Part shown: positions 13,442 to 25,296 of the stretch, piece after piece
Layout of the letters: each line of letters starts with the position of its first letter
Numbering within the stretch: position 1 is the stretch's first letter
DNA from: Schmidtea polychroa
Lineage: Eukaryota
Assembly: GCA_044892525.1 (NCBI GenBank)
Contig: CM097885.1
Span: 80,104,001 to 80,168,000 of the forward strand
Length of the DNA: 64,000 nucleotides
Reading direction: 5' to 3'
The notes under the pieces: generated by a model
What the model saw: the letters and a program-made list of their open reading frames with translations, nothing else
Told to the model about the DNA's origin: nothing
Database searches by the model: none
Made by a program: the position numbers and the translations under genes

Positions 13442-14152
13442 GAAAAAATGATAGCCATTAGGGTTAATTTACAGATAATAATTATTATTAAGAATCATTT
13501 ACTATAATGGTGTAAAATATTATTTTATGGATGTCTAACATTAAAATAATAAACATTACAAACTTTGTGATACCCAGTGCAAATTCCAATAGTAGACTAG
13601 TTTCGACCTTTTGGCTCTCATCAGTACTATACAGGAGACTCGAATATCTCTCTTCGCGCCTGGTAAGTATACAACATTGTTGATTAAACTCTATTGCATA
13701 CTTTCCCTGGTACACTGGAAATCACATCACTTGCCAATTAGATAAATCACACAAAAAAATATCTGCAAACATTTTCGGCAGGGTTCGGCTCTTATCGAAT
13801 GTTTTTTTCTTTCTTCATTCACCGGAAATCACGATAGAGAGAGTCATGTGTACACGGTAGTACATAGTTGGACAGGGAATAACCCAAAGCGTGGGTACGG
13901 GACAAATAAAATTCGCTCGCAGTGGGCACACACAGTTTGATATAAGGACCCGATCGAGAACCCGGTCGATTATCAATGGTGAAGAAATGATCAGAAAACA
14001 GGAACGTCATCAGCCGGCCGGTATCGAGCGTCCAAGCTTAAACGACAAGACAAACAGAAGCTCCTAGAACAGCCCAGTCCGCACCACACAACTATCCCAC
14101 AACGAGAGTGGTTGTGGACAAAAATCGAGGGTTTTCCATTACTGATTAATTA

Positions 14153-16653
14153 CACTAGAGCCTCGAGTTGCGTTGTCTCAACTTGCGTCCTTTCGAGTTG
14201 CGCCAAAAAAATTTTCGATACCCTAATTTCGAGTTGCGTTGCTAATTTTCGAAATGCGTCGAAAAAAAGTTTTAAAATAAAATTTAATCAAAAAATAGCA
14301 TAACGTCTATATTCAAAAATTAAACTTTAAACCGAAACTAGAATGCCATGATTTATTTTTAAATGCAGCTGCAAATGAAATAATTTTTTATTGTGTATTT
14401 ATTATTATAAAAGTCTAGTTCTTAGTTGTTTGCATAACTTATAACTTATAACGTTTAAGTGTTTCTTGCTTTTTTAATAATAATTGTTTTAAATTCTAAA
14501 AACTCAATTACAATATATATATACATTTCTCAAAGGTATTACATTTTGTTTATTGTTTTTTATTATTTTTTTGGTTTGTAATTGATTTTTTGAAATATTT
14601 TTTATTGCCCTATTGTAGAATAGAATTATGAATCGTAAACGATCGTCAGATGAAAATGGTAAAAAATCTACGAAAAGAAATAAAAAAGTAATATCTTTGG
14701 ACGTAAAACATGATATTTTACAACGTTTCCAAGCGGGAGAAAAAGCGGTTTTCATTGGCACAGCTCTCGGGCTAGCTCCAACAACAGTAAGAACTATCTG
14801 CAATCGCGATGCAAAACAAATCAAAACATTATATGAAGCAGCAACAGATTCCCAATTAAAAAAGTACTGTTATAAATCGAAATGCATTAATAGTTAAAAT
14901 GGAATCTCTACTTTTAATTTGGATTGAACATCAAACTCAAAAAAGTATGCCGCTGAGCAATATGGTTATTCAATCCAAAGCCAAATCTATTTACGATGAT
15001 CTGAAAGAAAAACTTCCAATATCGAATAAAGCAATTTATGAACAATTTAACGCTAGTGGTGGATGGTTTGAGCGTTTTAAATTTCGCGGAAATCTGCACA
15101 ACATTTGTTTGAAAGGTGAGGCAGCTAGTGCAGATCTCACAGCAGCAAATGATTTTAATAAAATATTGAATGCTGTTATACAGGAAGGTGGCTACAGTTC
15201 TAAACAGGTGTTTAATATTGATGAAACAGGTTTGTTTTGGAAACGTCTGCCGAAAAGAACCTATATAGCAAAAACAGAATCTTCGCACCTGGTTTAAAAG
15301 TAAGTAAAGATCGCCTAACTATACTTCTTGGAGGCAATGCCAATGGTGACTTCAAACTAAAACCATTGTTAGTTTATCAGGCTGAGAATCCAAGAGCTCT
15401 AAAAGGTGTTGATAAAAGAAATCTTCCTGTGCATTGGCGATCTAATAAAAAAGCTTGGGTCACTGTTTCTTTGTTTGTTGATTGGTTGGTCAAATGCGCC
15501 ATTCCTGAGTTCAAAAACTATTGCAAACGGGAAAATTTAACTTTTAAAATATTGGTACTACTGGATAATGCACCAGGACATCCAATATATATAGATGATC
15601 TATCAGATAATGTAAAATTTTTATTTATGCCTCCAAACACAACTTCACTTATTCAACCAATGGATCAAGGAGTAATCTCAAATTTTAAGTCATACTATAT
15701 TTGCCGGACATTTAAACAGCTACTGCATGCTGCCGATGCAAATGAAGAAACTTCTATGGCTGTATTTTGGAAAAACTACAATGTATTGAAAGCTGTTAAA
15801 AATATTGGTGATTCTTGGGCAGAAGTAAAATCCTCTTGTATGAATGGTGTATGGCAAAAAATATGGCCAGAATGTATCACAACTTTTTCGGAAGTTGACG
15901 ATGTGCCATTAGTTCGGGCAGAAATAGTTAACTTAGCCCAAGAAGCTCATTTCGAAGGATTGGACGAGGCCGATTTCGATGAAATTTTAAATGTAGAAGA
16001 GGATTTTGATGTTAGTACCTTAGATTTAATTGAAATGGCTCAAAATATTTATGAGAATGACGACAATTCCGTAGAAGTACCAGAAGTGAAACAATTAACA
16101 ACAAAGGGTATGGGGAAAGCAATTAAATTAATATCTGAGGCATTAGAAATATTTGTTGCAGAAGATCCAGATACTGATCAAAGTACAAAGGTTACTCAAG
16201 CTGTAGAGGCTTCCATCAGCTGTTATAAAAAAATTTATTTGGATAAAAAACAAAAGGCAGTTCAAATAACTCTGAATAATTTTATAATAAAACAACCAAA
16301 AGAAAAGCAAACGCCAAGTCCTGAACCAACGTATGAATAAGAATCTGAATAAATTCTATAAATTTATGTTGCTTCATTATTTTACATTATTTTAAAATTC
16401 TATTAATGTTTGCATTAGTTTTTGGTTTAATAAAACTTATTAAATAATAGTTAATCTATTCATACCTATTTTTTATTTAAATATGTAGCAATATAACTAA
16501 TTTTTTTTTAAAAACATGGATTTCAGATTTTATCGGAACCTATTATATAAAAACAAATACAAATGTATGCAAAATTAAAATTCGAATTGCGTTGTTTCGA
16601 GATGCGTCGCGATTTATTGGAACGCATTAACGACGCAACTCGAGGCTCTAGTG
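14153..16653 (+). mobile_element. Tigger/pogo-family (Tc1/mariner) DNA transposon, full length, 2501 bp
   Basis: 24-bp TIRs CACTAGAGCCTCGAGTTGCGT(T/C)GT with one mismatch; TA target duplication at 14151-14152 and 16654-16655; internal transposase. Confidence 0.95.
14628..16340 (+). pseudogene. Tigger-type DDE transposase broken by two frameshifts (ORFs 14628-14897, 14899-15297, 15237-16340)
   Basis: psq-type HTH (ISLDVKHDIL..LGLAPTTVRTI), CENP-B HTH (FNASGGWFERFK), VFNIDETGLFWK, KDRLTILLGGNANG, LLDNAPGH, PPNTTSLIQPMDQGVI. Confidence 0.93.
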
Positions 16654-16938
16654 TAATTTGTTTTTTCACATAAACTTTCCCTGTGAACAGCTCATTAAAT
16701 TTTCATTATAATTTCTTAACTCGTCTATCATTTGGCGTTCAACCATATTGATTTTTGATTTTTAGTAAATTTTAATTAATTTTGCACTTTTATTGATTTT
16801 ACCAATATTTGTTATGCTTCCCTTTTATATATTAATTTTTTTGGTTTTTGCGTTAACCCCAACATATCTCCTCATTTAATTAAGATTCGTTTTCGAATAT
16901 ATTCATTTATTAATTATTTATTTATAATGGTAGAGTAC

Positions 16939-17743
16939 TGTTGGGGTTAGAGCAAAAACAAAATAAATTTCACAGGGTACCAGAAAGCAGAACAAAAATT
17001 GGTAAAATCAATATAAGTACAAAATTAATTAAAATTTAATAAAAATTAAAAATCAATATCGAACGGGTGTATCGGGTATGGTTGAATGCCGAATGGTTAG
17101 ACGAGGTTAGAAAGCATAATAAAAATGTAATAGAGTGACCATAGAAAAAGTTAATAAGGAAAAACAAATTAATTAAAATTAATTAATCTGTAATGGAAAG
17201 CCCGAGCCAATGGAAAGCCCGAGCCCATGGGAAACCCGATCACTGAAGAAAACCCGATGCGCAGTGAGACCCGAGACACCAGATAAGGGAATAACAATTC
17301 GAATAATAATTGGAGGGTAAATAAATTAAAATAATTGTCGAACCGTTCAAAATTTACTTCGGGTGCCCGGGGAAACAATTAATTTCATTTTGTTAGATAA
17401 TTGGCCTCTTAAAAACAGTATAAAAGGAGAGCTTAGAAATGAGCAAGCGGCCATTTGGTCGAAGAGAAAAAGGAAAAAGCTAAACAGAAAATTCAGCAAG
17501 GACAAGTCAAAGAAGAAATTTGTGAATTATAAAGAAGCAAGATCGTAGAAGAAAAAGTAATTACCCCTTGGGTTTCTTACCTTAGCGAACCAAATTCAAA
17601 TTGAGAGAAAGGTGCAAATAGTGGCAAATTGTAATTGTGATAAAAAGCGAATAAAGTTATTCTGTGTTGAGTTTTCATTGATTTGGTAAAATAAGGACAC
17701 GAGGAGTCAGAGAAAGGACCGACTTACAAATAAAAACTCAACA
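16939..17743 (+). repeat. 5' LTR of element A (805 bp, TG...CA)
   Basis: Starts TGTTG and ends CAACA. TATAAAA at 17419-17425, AATAAA at 17650-17655, 17-bp tandem AATGGAAAGCCCGAGCC near 17192-17225. Confidence 0.93.
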
Positions 17744-17746
17744 TTT

Positions 17747-17764
17747 TGGTGAGCCCGACGTGAT
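17747..17764 (+). promoter_or_regulatory. Primer-binding site, tRNA-Trp-like
   Basis: TGGTGAGCCCGACGTGAT starts 4 nt after the LTR end. Its complement ATCACGTCGGGCTCACCA differs by 1 nt from the metazoan tRNA-Trp 3' end as I recall it (ATCACGTCGGGGTCACCA). Confidence 0.8.
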
Positions 17765-18139
17765 CAAGTCGGCAGTGAATATTGTGGAAAAGTGAAAAGA
17801 GAAAATTAAAAATAATTGAAAGTTGAATATAATTGCCGAGATATAAAGTGGAAATTAAATTTGTTAAAGAGAAATTAAATTGAAACAGAAAAGGAAAAAT
17901 TGAAATTAAATTTGTTAAAGAGAAATAAAATTGAAAAAAAAGAGAAATTGAACAAATTGTGCAGTTGAAATAAAAGAGTGAAAGTTAACAAAATTTAAAA
18001 GATATTGAAATAAAGTTGTGGAAAAGTTACAAAATTTATAAAAACTATTATTGGAAATTAATTCAAAATTAAAACAAAAGGTAAAGTTAAAAATTGTAAT
18101 TTTTTAAAATTTAGACGAGAAACAGTTGTCCAAGAGAAA

Positions 18140-20233
18140 TTGTATAATCTGAGAAGTAAAAAACACTTGGAAAATATGGCGACGAGCAACTCAAATATCA
18201 ATGAACAAATCTCAGTGTCTACTACTCAAGCGAACAATGGAAATGATTATGCCAGTTGTCAAAAGTTACCAGTTGAGCAATATGGAGGAGATCCAGTCGA
18301 ATTTGTTGACTTTATGGCAGATTATTACATGTATGCTACAGCTTATGGATGGAGCCAAGCAACTATGGTACAACGTCTACCATTATATTTAAAAGGAGCT
18401 GCGCGAGAGGCTTGGCAACAGATTGATAAACGACCTATAGTAAATGATTGGACAAGATTAAAAGATGCGTTGGCAGCCAAGTTGATTGGAGGAGATATAA
18501 AGAGAATGATGCGCCAAAAGTTCTACAGTCGAGTGCAAAAGCCCGATGAATCCATAAGTGAGTTTGCTTATCATTTAACTACTCTTGCAGAGAAAGCGTT
18601 CGAAGTAAAGCCAGATCAAGAGGAAGTGGCAAAGCAAGTCAAAGAATTACTTCAGGACCAATTTTTGACAGGAGTCAAGAAAGAAATCAAAAAGGCTTTA
18701 TGTTTTGTTGATTTTACAAATTTTGATGACTTGATTAGAAAAGCCATGAGAATTGAAATGAATCTTAAAACGACTCAGTCAAAGGCGGAATCATTTGCGA
18801 TTATCAATGAGCCTAGAGATAGATCTATAACCCCAGTCAGCGATAACTTGCTTCAAAGATCAACCAGTCCATCTCCCAAGTTCAGAGTGAAATTTGAACC
18901 AAGAAAGTCAACAGACAGTCCAAATGAGGAAAGAGAAAGAACTCTACAATGCAGTCATTGCCAGAGAATGGGTCATCACATAAATCAATGATGGTTTAAA
19001 AATAACATTCGAAGAAGCCCTAGTCCGGTTCAGTGTGATTACTGTCAAAGAAAAGGACATAGCAATAACCAATGTTGGTTCAAAAATAACGAACAACGTA
19101 GTCCAAAGGGAATGCGATCAGAATGGCTGAAAAGTAATGGTGAGAAAAGTTTTAACAGAACGAATATCGGTAACCAGAGAACTAATGATAACATACAATA
19201 CTATTATTGTGGAAGGAAAGGACATGTCACTCGAAATTGTTTTGCAAGATCCAGATCTCCATCAACATCACCCTCACCGCAAAGAGACAGAGTTAACCTA
19301 CAAGGCCAAATCCAATGTCATTCCTGTAGAGGCTATGGACATATGGCTAGATCTTGTCCAAAGAGTAATAATATATTTCAAAGGCCGATATTAAAGAAGA
19401 CGAGATTTCAGAAAGACAAATCGCAATCTGACAATATAGCTTTTGCGCAAACAGATGATTTTAACGAGAGGATTGAAAATGAGATGAAGCAGATGAGTAG
19501 ACGCTTGGATCGATTAATGTGCAAATTCGAATCGGACGAAGAATTGAGTAACCACGTGATGTATGAGTCGCAATCAGAAGGATCAGAGACAGATTCTAAA
19601 GAGAAATTGGATAAAGAAGACATAGAAAGAGAAAAAGTAACAATGATTATACTGAGGATCAACAAATTTATTAAAGAGAGAGCAACAGAAACATCTAAAG
19701 TAATCTCATCGCTAAAGGAATTGAGTCAAATGACACTGAGCATACGAAAATTGAAAAATGTAATTGAGTTATGTGCCGATTATTATGATACCAATTTAAA
19801 AGACGAAAAGGAAATTGAAAATGTGATGAAAATATTTGGAAAAACGTATCGAGAAAGTACATGGTTAGATTTTATTTTAATTAATGTTTTAGATGAAAAG
19901 GAGAAAGAAGTAGCTTGCATTCGGTGTGAAGCAGGAGATTGTGTAGATGATTTAAAGAATAGATTAAAAGAAAACAATGGGAAACAGATACTAGAATTGA
20001 AGTTTAAAAATCGATGCTTACGCAATGATGAGTTTTTAATTGATTGTGGTTTTATACCAGGAAATAAAAATAAAGTGATAGCAAAAATGACAAGATGTTA
20101 TGAAAATGTAAAAATTGATCCACAGAAAATTGTAAATGAGCTGAGAGAAGCTTTTGATGAGTGGAATAAAAATGCAATTGATGAAAAGTTAAAATTGGTA
20201 GAGGAAACGGAATTTGACGAAAATAGTAAATAA
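18140..20233 (+). pseudogene. gag: Gag (capsid plus four CCHC-type knuckles) followed by a helical and a ubiquitin-like domain; in-frame stops at 18989 and 20231
   Basis: Retrotransposon gag motifs (LPLYLKGAAREAW, RVQKPDESISEF); knuckles CSHCQRMGHHINQ*, CDYCQRKGHSNNQC, YYYCGRKGHVTRNC, CHSCRGYGHMARSC; UBL-like segment ending LKFKNRCLRNDEFLIDCGF. Confidence 0.88.
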
Positions 20234-20347
20234 GAAATTGTAAATGTAGTACGTCCATACACTCGAAATAAAAACTCTTAATATAAAGAAATATTAAAAG
20301 GTTTATTACGAAAATTTGGAAAAGAGATTAGAGAGACCAGGATAGAA

Positions 20348-21382
20348 TTGAAACCATTTGTAATAGCATTAGATTATAAAAATGAAGGAAAAATAGAGTA
20401 TATAGAAGAACATTGGTGTACCAAGGTTGGTAAATTACGAAAAAGAGCCGCTGAAAGAATGGGAAAGGATGGAATTATTCAATTGATATTTAAAAGTGAA
20501 GAATTAGATGACGATGAATATTTATACGATTGTGGGTTTATACCTCAAGAATTAGATGTAGACGGATATTTATGTTCAGATACAGGATATTCAATAAATT
20601 ATGTAATTGTAATCAAAAATCAGATATCAAATAAAGTATATGAGTCCGACAGGTCAAATAATGAGATAGAAAGGGGTGATGAAAATGAAGGTGTACTAGA
20701 TAACAAGGACATAGGAACTAATGATAAAGATAAAAGTATAATAACAGAAGTATTAAAGGAAGGGCAAGTAACCAAAAATGAAATGAATAGTGAAATAAAG
20801 ACAAAAAAGCCTAGAACTTTGTATGAAATAAAAAAGAGCCTGGTGAAGTCAGAATTAGAAGTGGATGAGACAAAAGAGTTATTAAAGAATTTAGTTAAAA
20901 TAGTATATCCAATGTTCGAAATAAAAGTGGGTACAAAGTGCGAATTGGGAGACACAGTGAATGAAATGGAAAAGAAACTTCCTAGTGTTATGCAGAGATT
21001 TGGTGAAAATGATGACTTTTGTAATAGAGGGGTCATGAAAACTTTGACGGAAAATGGAATTGATAAAGAAGTAGTACTAACAAGCTTAACATATGCAGTT
21101 TTAGAGATAGGAGCTCATAAGATAATGGAATCAGATGAATTAGAGAATTTGATAGATGCAGCTGCTCGAGTTTTAAATGAATACTTAATGAATTGGATAA
21201 AAAGGAATGGAGCTTGGACCAAACTAGTAAAAGTGCTTACGATAAATGAAAATAATGAAATTAATATACCTCATAAATCGCTAAACGGGGGAGTTAGCCC
21301 AATATTGAGAAAAACGATGGTATTTCCATGGGTAATGTTTATGATAATTGTTTTGTGCGCAATAATTACCCAGACAACCTGT
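20348..21382 (+). CDS. Ubiquitin-like domain plus Bcl-2-like domain plus hydrophobic anchor/signal segment (part of the ancestral polyprotein)
   Basis: UBL: IQLIFKSEELDDDEYLYDCGF. BH2-like LNEYLMNWIKRNGAWTKL (about 21175-21225). Hydrophobic MVFPWVMFMIIVLCAIIT. Confidence 0.75.
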
Positions 21383-23497
21383 ATGACTGCATATGATTGT
21401 TCACAAACGGAAATGGGAAAAATTTATTCGGTGATAGATGTGTCAGAATGCTCGGATGCATACCCGAGAAAACTAAAGATTGAAAAAGATGTAAAATATC
21501 ATGTATATCAAGAATCTGATTTAAGACGAACGAAAGTTCGAGAATGTATAGTTAAACATACTACATTTATATTTTATTGTGGGAAGTGGAGCCATACTTC
21601 ATTGATAAAGATGTAAACAATCCCAAGGCCAGTGGAAGTTATGCCAGAAAATTGTTTAGCAGGATTTCAAACAGAAGAATTGAAAATAAGTTCGGAAATT
21701 AAACTGAAGGCAAAAATAAATCATAGGACGAGAGAAACGGTGGTTACGAAGGGATTAATGAAGCAAGGCGGAGATTGTGAAGGGGAACCGTACAAAGTCA
21801 GTGGTAAAATTATTCAAAAAGCAGTGGTGATAGAAGAATATCTAACGGAATTGAGAGAATTTGAAGGAGCTTTTGATGATGATACGGGGAAGTTACAGAC
21901 CCACCCATTTTGTAATATGAAACAAAATAACTGTCAAACGGGGGAATCAATTCTTGTTTATGAAGTAAAAACTAATGTATGTAACTTAGCGCATTTAAAA
22001 ACGATGAATTTCAAAGAAATTAGTGGAGAGCAGTTTAGGGAAAGGCCTGACAATATTAATGTAAATTATGGAGTAAATATGACAATCAGATCAACGCCCC
22101 TTTGGACAAGAAAAACAGCGACTGTATTAATGTCAATAATTCCGATGGACGCCATGCGTTTTATATTAAAGGAAGTTACCAATAAATGTGGTCAGACGGT
22201 GTACTCCACAAATTACAAAGGAGTTTACGTATCAACAGTAATAGTACAGGAAGCTAAAACTAGAATTCATACGGGTGATATTAAATTAACCCATTACTTT
22301 AACAATAAAATTGATTATTTATTTCATTATAGTCAGAACACAATGGAGAATATCTATCGAGAAATAATCTTAAATGATTGTAAATTAAATAAAGAAATAC
22401 TTCGAAATCGAATGGCAATGACCATCACAAACCCAAATTTGGTTGCACCCATGTTAATATCAGAAAATGGAGTATTTGCGAGAATCTTCGGAGAAGCTTT
22501 ATACAGTTATAAATGTAAGGAAGTGTCAGTAAAAATAATGAAATATGAAAAATGCACTAATGAATTGCCAGTTAGCGTCGATGGGAAGATGCGATTTATG
22601 GAACCAATAACACGGATATTACTTGACGAAAACACAAAACCAAAATTACTCCAGTGCAATAGATTGCTAGCCCCGTTATACCGTTTGGCACCAGATTCTT
22701 GGGTAGCATTACCCGATTACCGAGGAGTTAGAACTCCAGATAAATTGGAATTAATCAATTTAGAGTATTTAGTGAACTTTACATCCCTAAATAAAATGGC
22801 ACAACTAGGTTTCTACGCAAGCGAGGATATAGAAGAAGCTCAAAGAAATTTATTATTTCCATCAAAGAAAGAACGGGTGATATCAGAAATGATTGATACA
22901 ATATTACCAAACGGAGAGAGTAAGGTTAATTATGAATATCTCCTAACGCCAGATCATTTCAAAAAAGCAACGTACAAAACGATGGAAAAGATTTGGGGAA
23001 AATTTATGTTCTTAGGACAAGCGTGTGCTGGTTTGATTGGCATCTATGTGATCGTAGTAACAACAAAGGTGATACTATCTCAAATTTTATCTGCTCATAG
23101 AATATATAAAATATCCGGATGGTCATGGAAAATAATTATTGGTTGTATTCCGTTTATAGCGAGATTTTTTATTACTCATCATCAATATAAAGAAATGGCG
23201 AATGTGAGAGCACAGGTAAAAACTGATCAAAAGAGTGAAGAATCTTTGTGTGAATCGAGGGACAGAAATAGTGGCAATAACGACAATAATGACAATGGCA
23301 GAAACGAGCAAATGTATTTTAGAAAAGAAATAATGAAAAGCGAGGTAAAACCAGAGTCACGATGCCTACTAGAACAGATGCCAAAACTTACAGGAATCGA
23401 CACTCTCTCAAAATGGTATACACCGGTATTCCTTCCAACAGCACCAACATATCCAAGTGAAAGGCTAAAAGAAATGAAACCAGTAGAACATGTTTAA
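21383..23497 (+). pseudogene. env: Chuvirus/gB-type envelope glycoprotein; in-frame stop at 21614
   Basis: AYDCS..YSVIDVSEC, FYCGKWSH, CKLNKEIL..ITNPN, GEALYSYKC, CTNELPV..FMEPITRIL, C-terminal TM segments (22994-23172). Collinear with the env of element B. Confidence 0.85.
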
Positions 23498-23548
23498 CTA
23501 GAAACCGAAAGGATTGAACCAACAAGTGCCGAAATAGAACGGAAAAAC

Positions 23549-24955
23549 ATGCTCGGATTACCATGTAGTTATGCGTTGATGACAATAGGAAATAGAGGCA
23601 AACAACCTCGAACAAATATACTATTTAACGAGAGAAAGGTCAAAGCCTTGTTAGATTCCGGTTCCAGTCATACTATAGTGTCAGATAAACTGTTGACAAG
23701 GGAAAAGAGAGCAAAGATGAAACCGACGAATAAAGTTATTAAATCAATGTCTCACAATGTACTGAATATAATCGGGAAGCTAGAAGTCAAATTAATTATT
23801 GGTAATCAAGAAATAACACATTATGTGTCAGTAATGAGTAAAAGCCCTGTTGAATGTCTAATTGGTATGGATGTTATGGAGCAACTGCGAGGAATTGCGC
23901 TGGATCTGACAACAGGAAAATTAATAGAGGGGACAATTATAGTTCATGCTAATCGTTGTAAGAAAGTGCCGGCAATGGAGAGTGATAGATACCCGTTAAG
24001 ATCGAAAAAGAACAAATCAGTAGAAGAAAAAGTGGTCAAGCAAAAAGTTATTAAAAACCCAGTACCCTTAGGATATACCACTAAAGTCTTATTAATAACA
24101 ACAATAATGCTACTAAATGTTTTGGGAACAAATGCAGGTCGATCTTTTCCAAAGTATGCAATAAAAAGGGTCCCATTATTGGAGAAAATTCATATATATT
24201 CAACATGTACCCAAATATTATGGTTTTATCTGTGTGGGTCAACGGAAGAAATAGAAATAAATAATTTATTAAATCACTTTGACCCACCTGTAAAGTTGAA
24301 TTTCAATAAAAATATTTTCGTGGATCGTCAATTAACAGTCAATTATGAATACACTTGGCAAATAACAGAGTTACTATTTCAAAATAATAATACAAAAATA
24401 CGTAATATAACCCAAATTGAAATATTAACAAAAAATTTAAACAGTCTGGTTTCAATAGAACCAGTAGTGAATGGAATCGACGTATATTGGGAACCCCACG
24501 AATCCCAAAAAGTGAAATTAATCTTCCAAAATAATATTATCGATACATTAAACATCAGAAAACCCTTTGTCCATTACAACAATTTAAAATTAAATCAAAC
24601 GTATGATATCGTTGTGCAATATTATGAAAAGCTTTTGCGTGAAAATGGTACCGAAATCGATAACCAGTGGGTAAAAATTGAGTCTATTCGACAATCCATA
24701 AAATTGGAAAATGAACCAAATCGTATTATTTTACGATATGATAATCAAAAATGGATAGCCACACGACAAGCGATAACCAATAAAAAAGTGGAAATTTATT
24801 ATTGTGGAAAACTGCAAGCTATATTGCAAGGTAATATTACATCTAAAATATTAACATTTCAGCAAATACGTTCAAAGTCAACTTCAAAAATTGTGATTGT
24901 AAAGATAAATATTATCAACGTGCTTTTCATCCCGATCATTGGAAAATCGTTCTAG
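23549..24955 (+). CDS. Aspartic protease fused in-frame to an integrase C-terminal remnant and a signal-peptide/FN3-like ectodomain
   Basis: ALLDSGSSHTIV and CLIGMD, then IIVHANRCKKVP (integrase tail), hydrophobic VLLITTIMLLNVLGTNAG, and FN3-like VYWEP...NNLKLNQTYDIVVQ. Confidence 0.8.
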   Translation: MLGLPCSYALMTIGNRGKQPRTNILFNERKVKALLDSGSSHTIVSDKLLTREKRAKMKPTNKVIKSMSHNVLNIIGKLEVKLIIGNQEITHYVSVMSKSPVECLIGMDVMEQLRGIALDLTTGKLIEGTIIVHANRCKKVPAMESDRYPLRSKKNKSVEEKVVKQKVIKNPVPLGYTTKVLLITTIMLLNVLGTNAGRSFPKYAIKRVPLLEKIHIYSTCTQILWFYLCGSTEEIEINNLLNHFDPPVKLNFNKNIFVDRQLTVNYEYTWQITELLFQNNNTKIRNITQIEILTKNLNSLVSIEPVVNGIDVYWEPHESQKVKLIFQNNIIDTLNIRKPFVHYNNLKLNQTYDIVVQYYEKLLRENGTEIDNQWVKIESIRQSIKLENEPNRIILRYDNQKWIATRQAITNKKVEIYYCGKLQAILQGNITSKILTFQQIRSKSTSKIVIVKINIINVLFIPIIGKSF

Positions 24956-25296
24956 TGGAAAGTAAATCTATTCGATTACAATTTGATACAACTGAGGCAG
25001 AAAGCTCAAAATATATGCACAATTCATCAACCAATGTGATTCATCAACTCATAAATGACATTAATTCTTCTCTTATTAATGGAACACAAATTCCAAGAAA
25101 CAAAACTACATTCTCATTATCAAATGATTTTGAAAATACTTATGTTATTTGGTCATCTATCATCATCAGTGTGACACCATTTTCCATTATCATTCTTCTC
25201 ACTCTACTGATGTACTTTCAAAGACATAACAGACAATATGAATGTCAATCCAAGACCTCAAAACCTTGGATTGTCTACGAGGAAACATGGGTCTAG
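24955..25296 (+). CDS. Frameshifted C-terminus of the membrane protein (TM plus short tail)
   Basis: TM-like YVIWSSIIISVTPFSIIILLTLLMYF followed by basic QRHNR. Confidence 0.6.
   Translation: MESKSIRLQFDTTEAESSKYMHNSSTNVIHQLINDINSSLINGTQIPRNKTTFSLSNDFENTYVIWSSIIISVTPFSIIILLTLLMYFQRHNRQYECQSKTSKPWIVYEETWV

Larger units (their letters stand above)
13678..16938 (-). mobile_element. Older LTR plus PPT of an element related to A (A'), split by the Tigger insertion; left boundary uncertain
   Basis: The reverse complement of 16656-16864 reads TGTTGGGGTTAACGCAAAAACC..., homologous to the start of the A LTR. It is preceded by the PPT-like AAATGAGGAGATA (16865-16877). Homology resumes left of the Tigger (attaatcagtaatggaaaaccc vs attaatctgtaatggaaagccc). 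Confidence 0.65.

Noticed and set aside
17169-17548. Short ORFs (69 and 61 aa) duplicated in both LTRs of A
   Set aside because: Short, no motifs, and the 61-aa start is non-ATG; duplication only reflects LTR identity.
18989-23497. Stop-codon reassignment or programmed readthrough to explain in-frame stops in element A
   Set aside because: The stops are of two types and fall inside conserved domains (a knuckle Cys, the Env ectodomain); element B and the TOPBP1-like ORF are open under the standard code. Point mutations are simpler.
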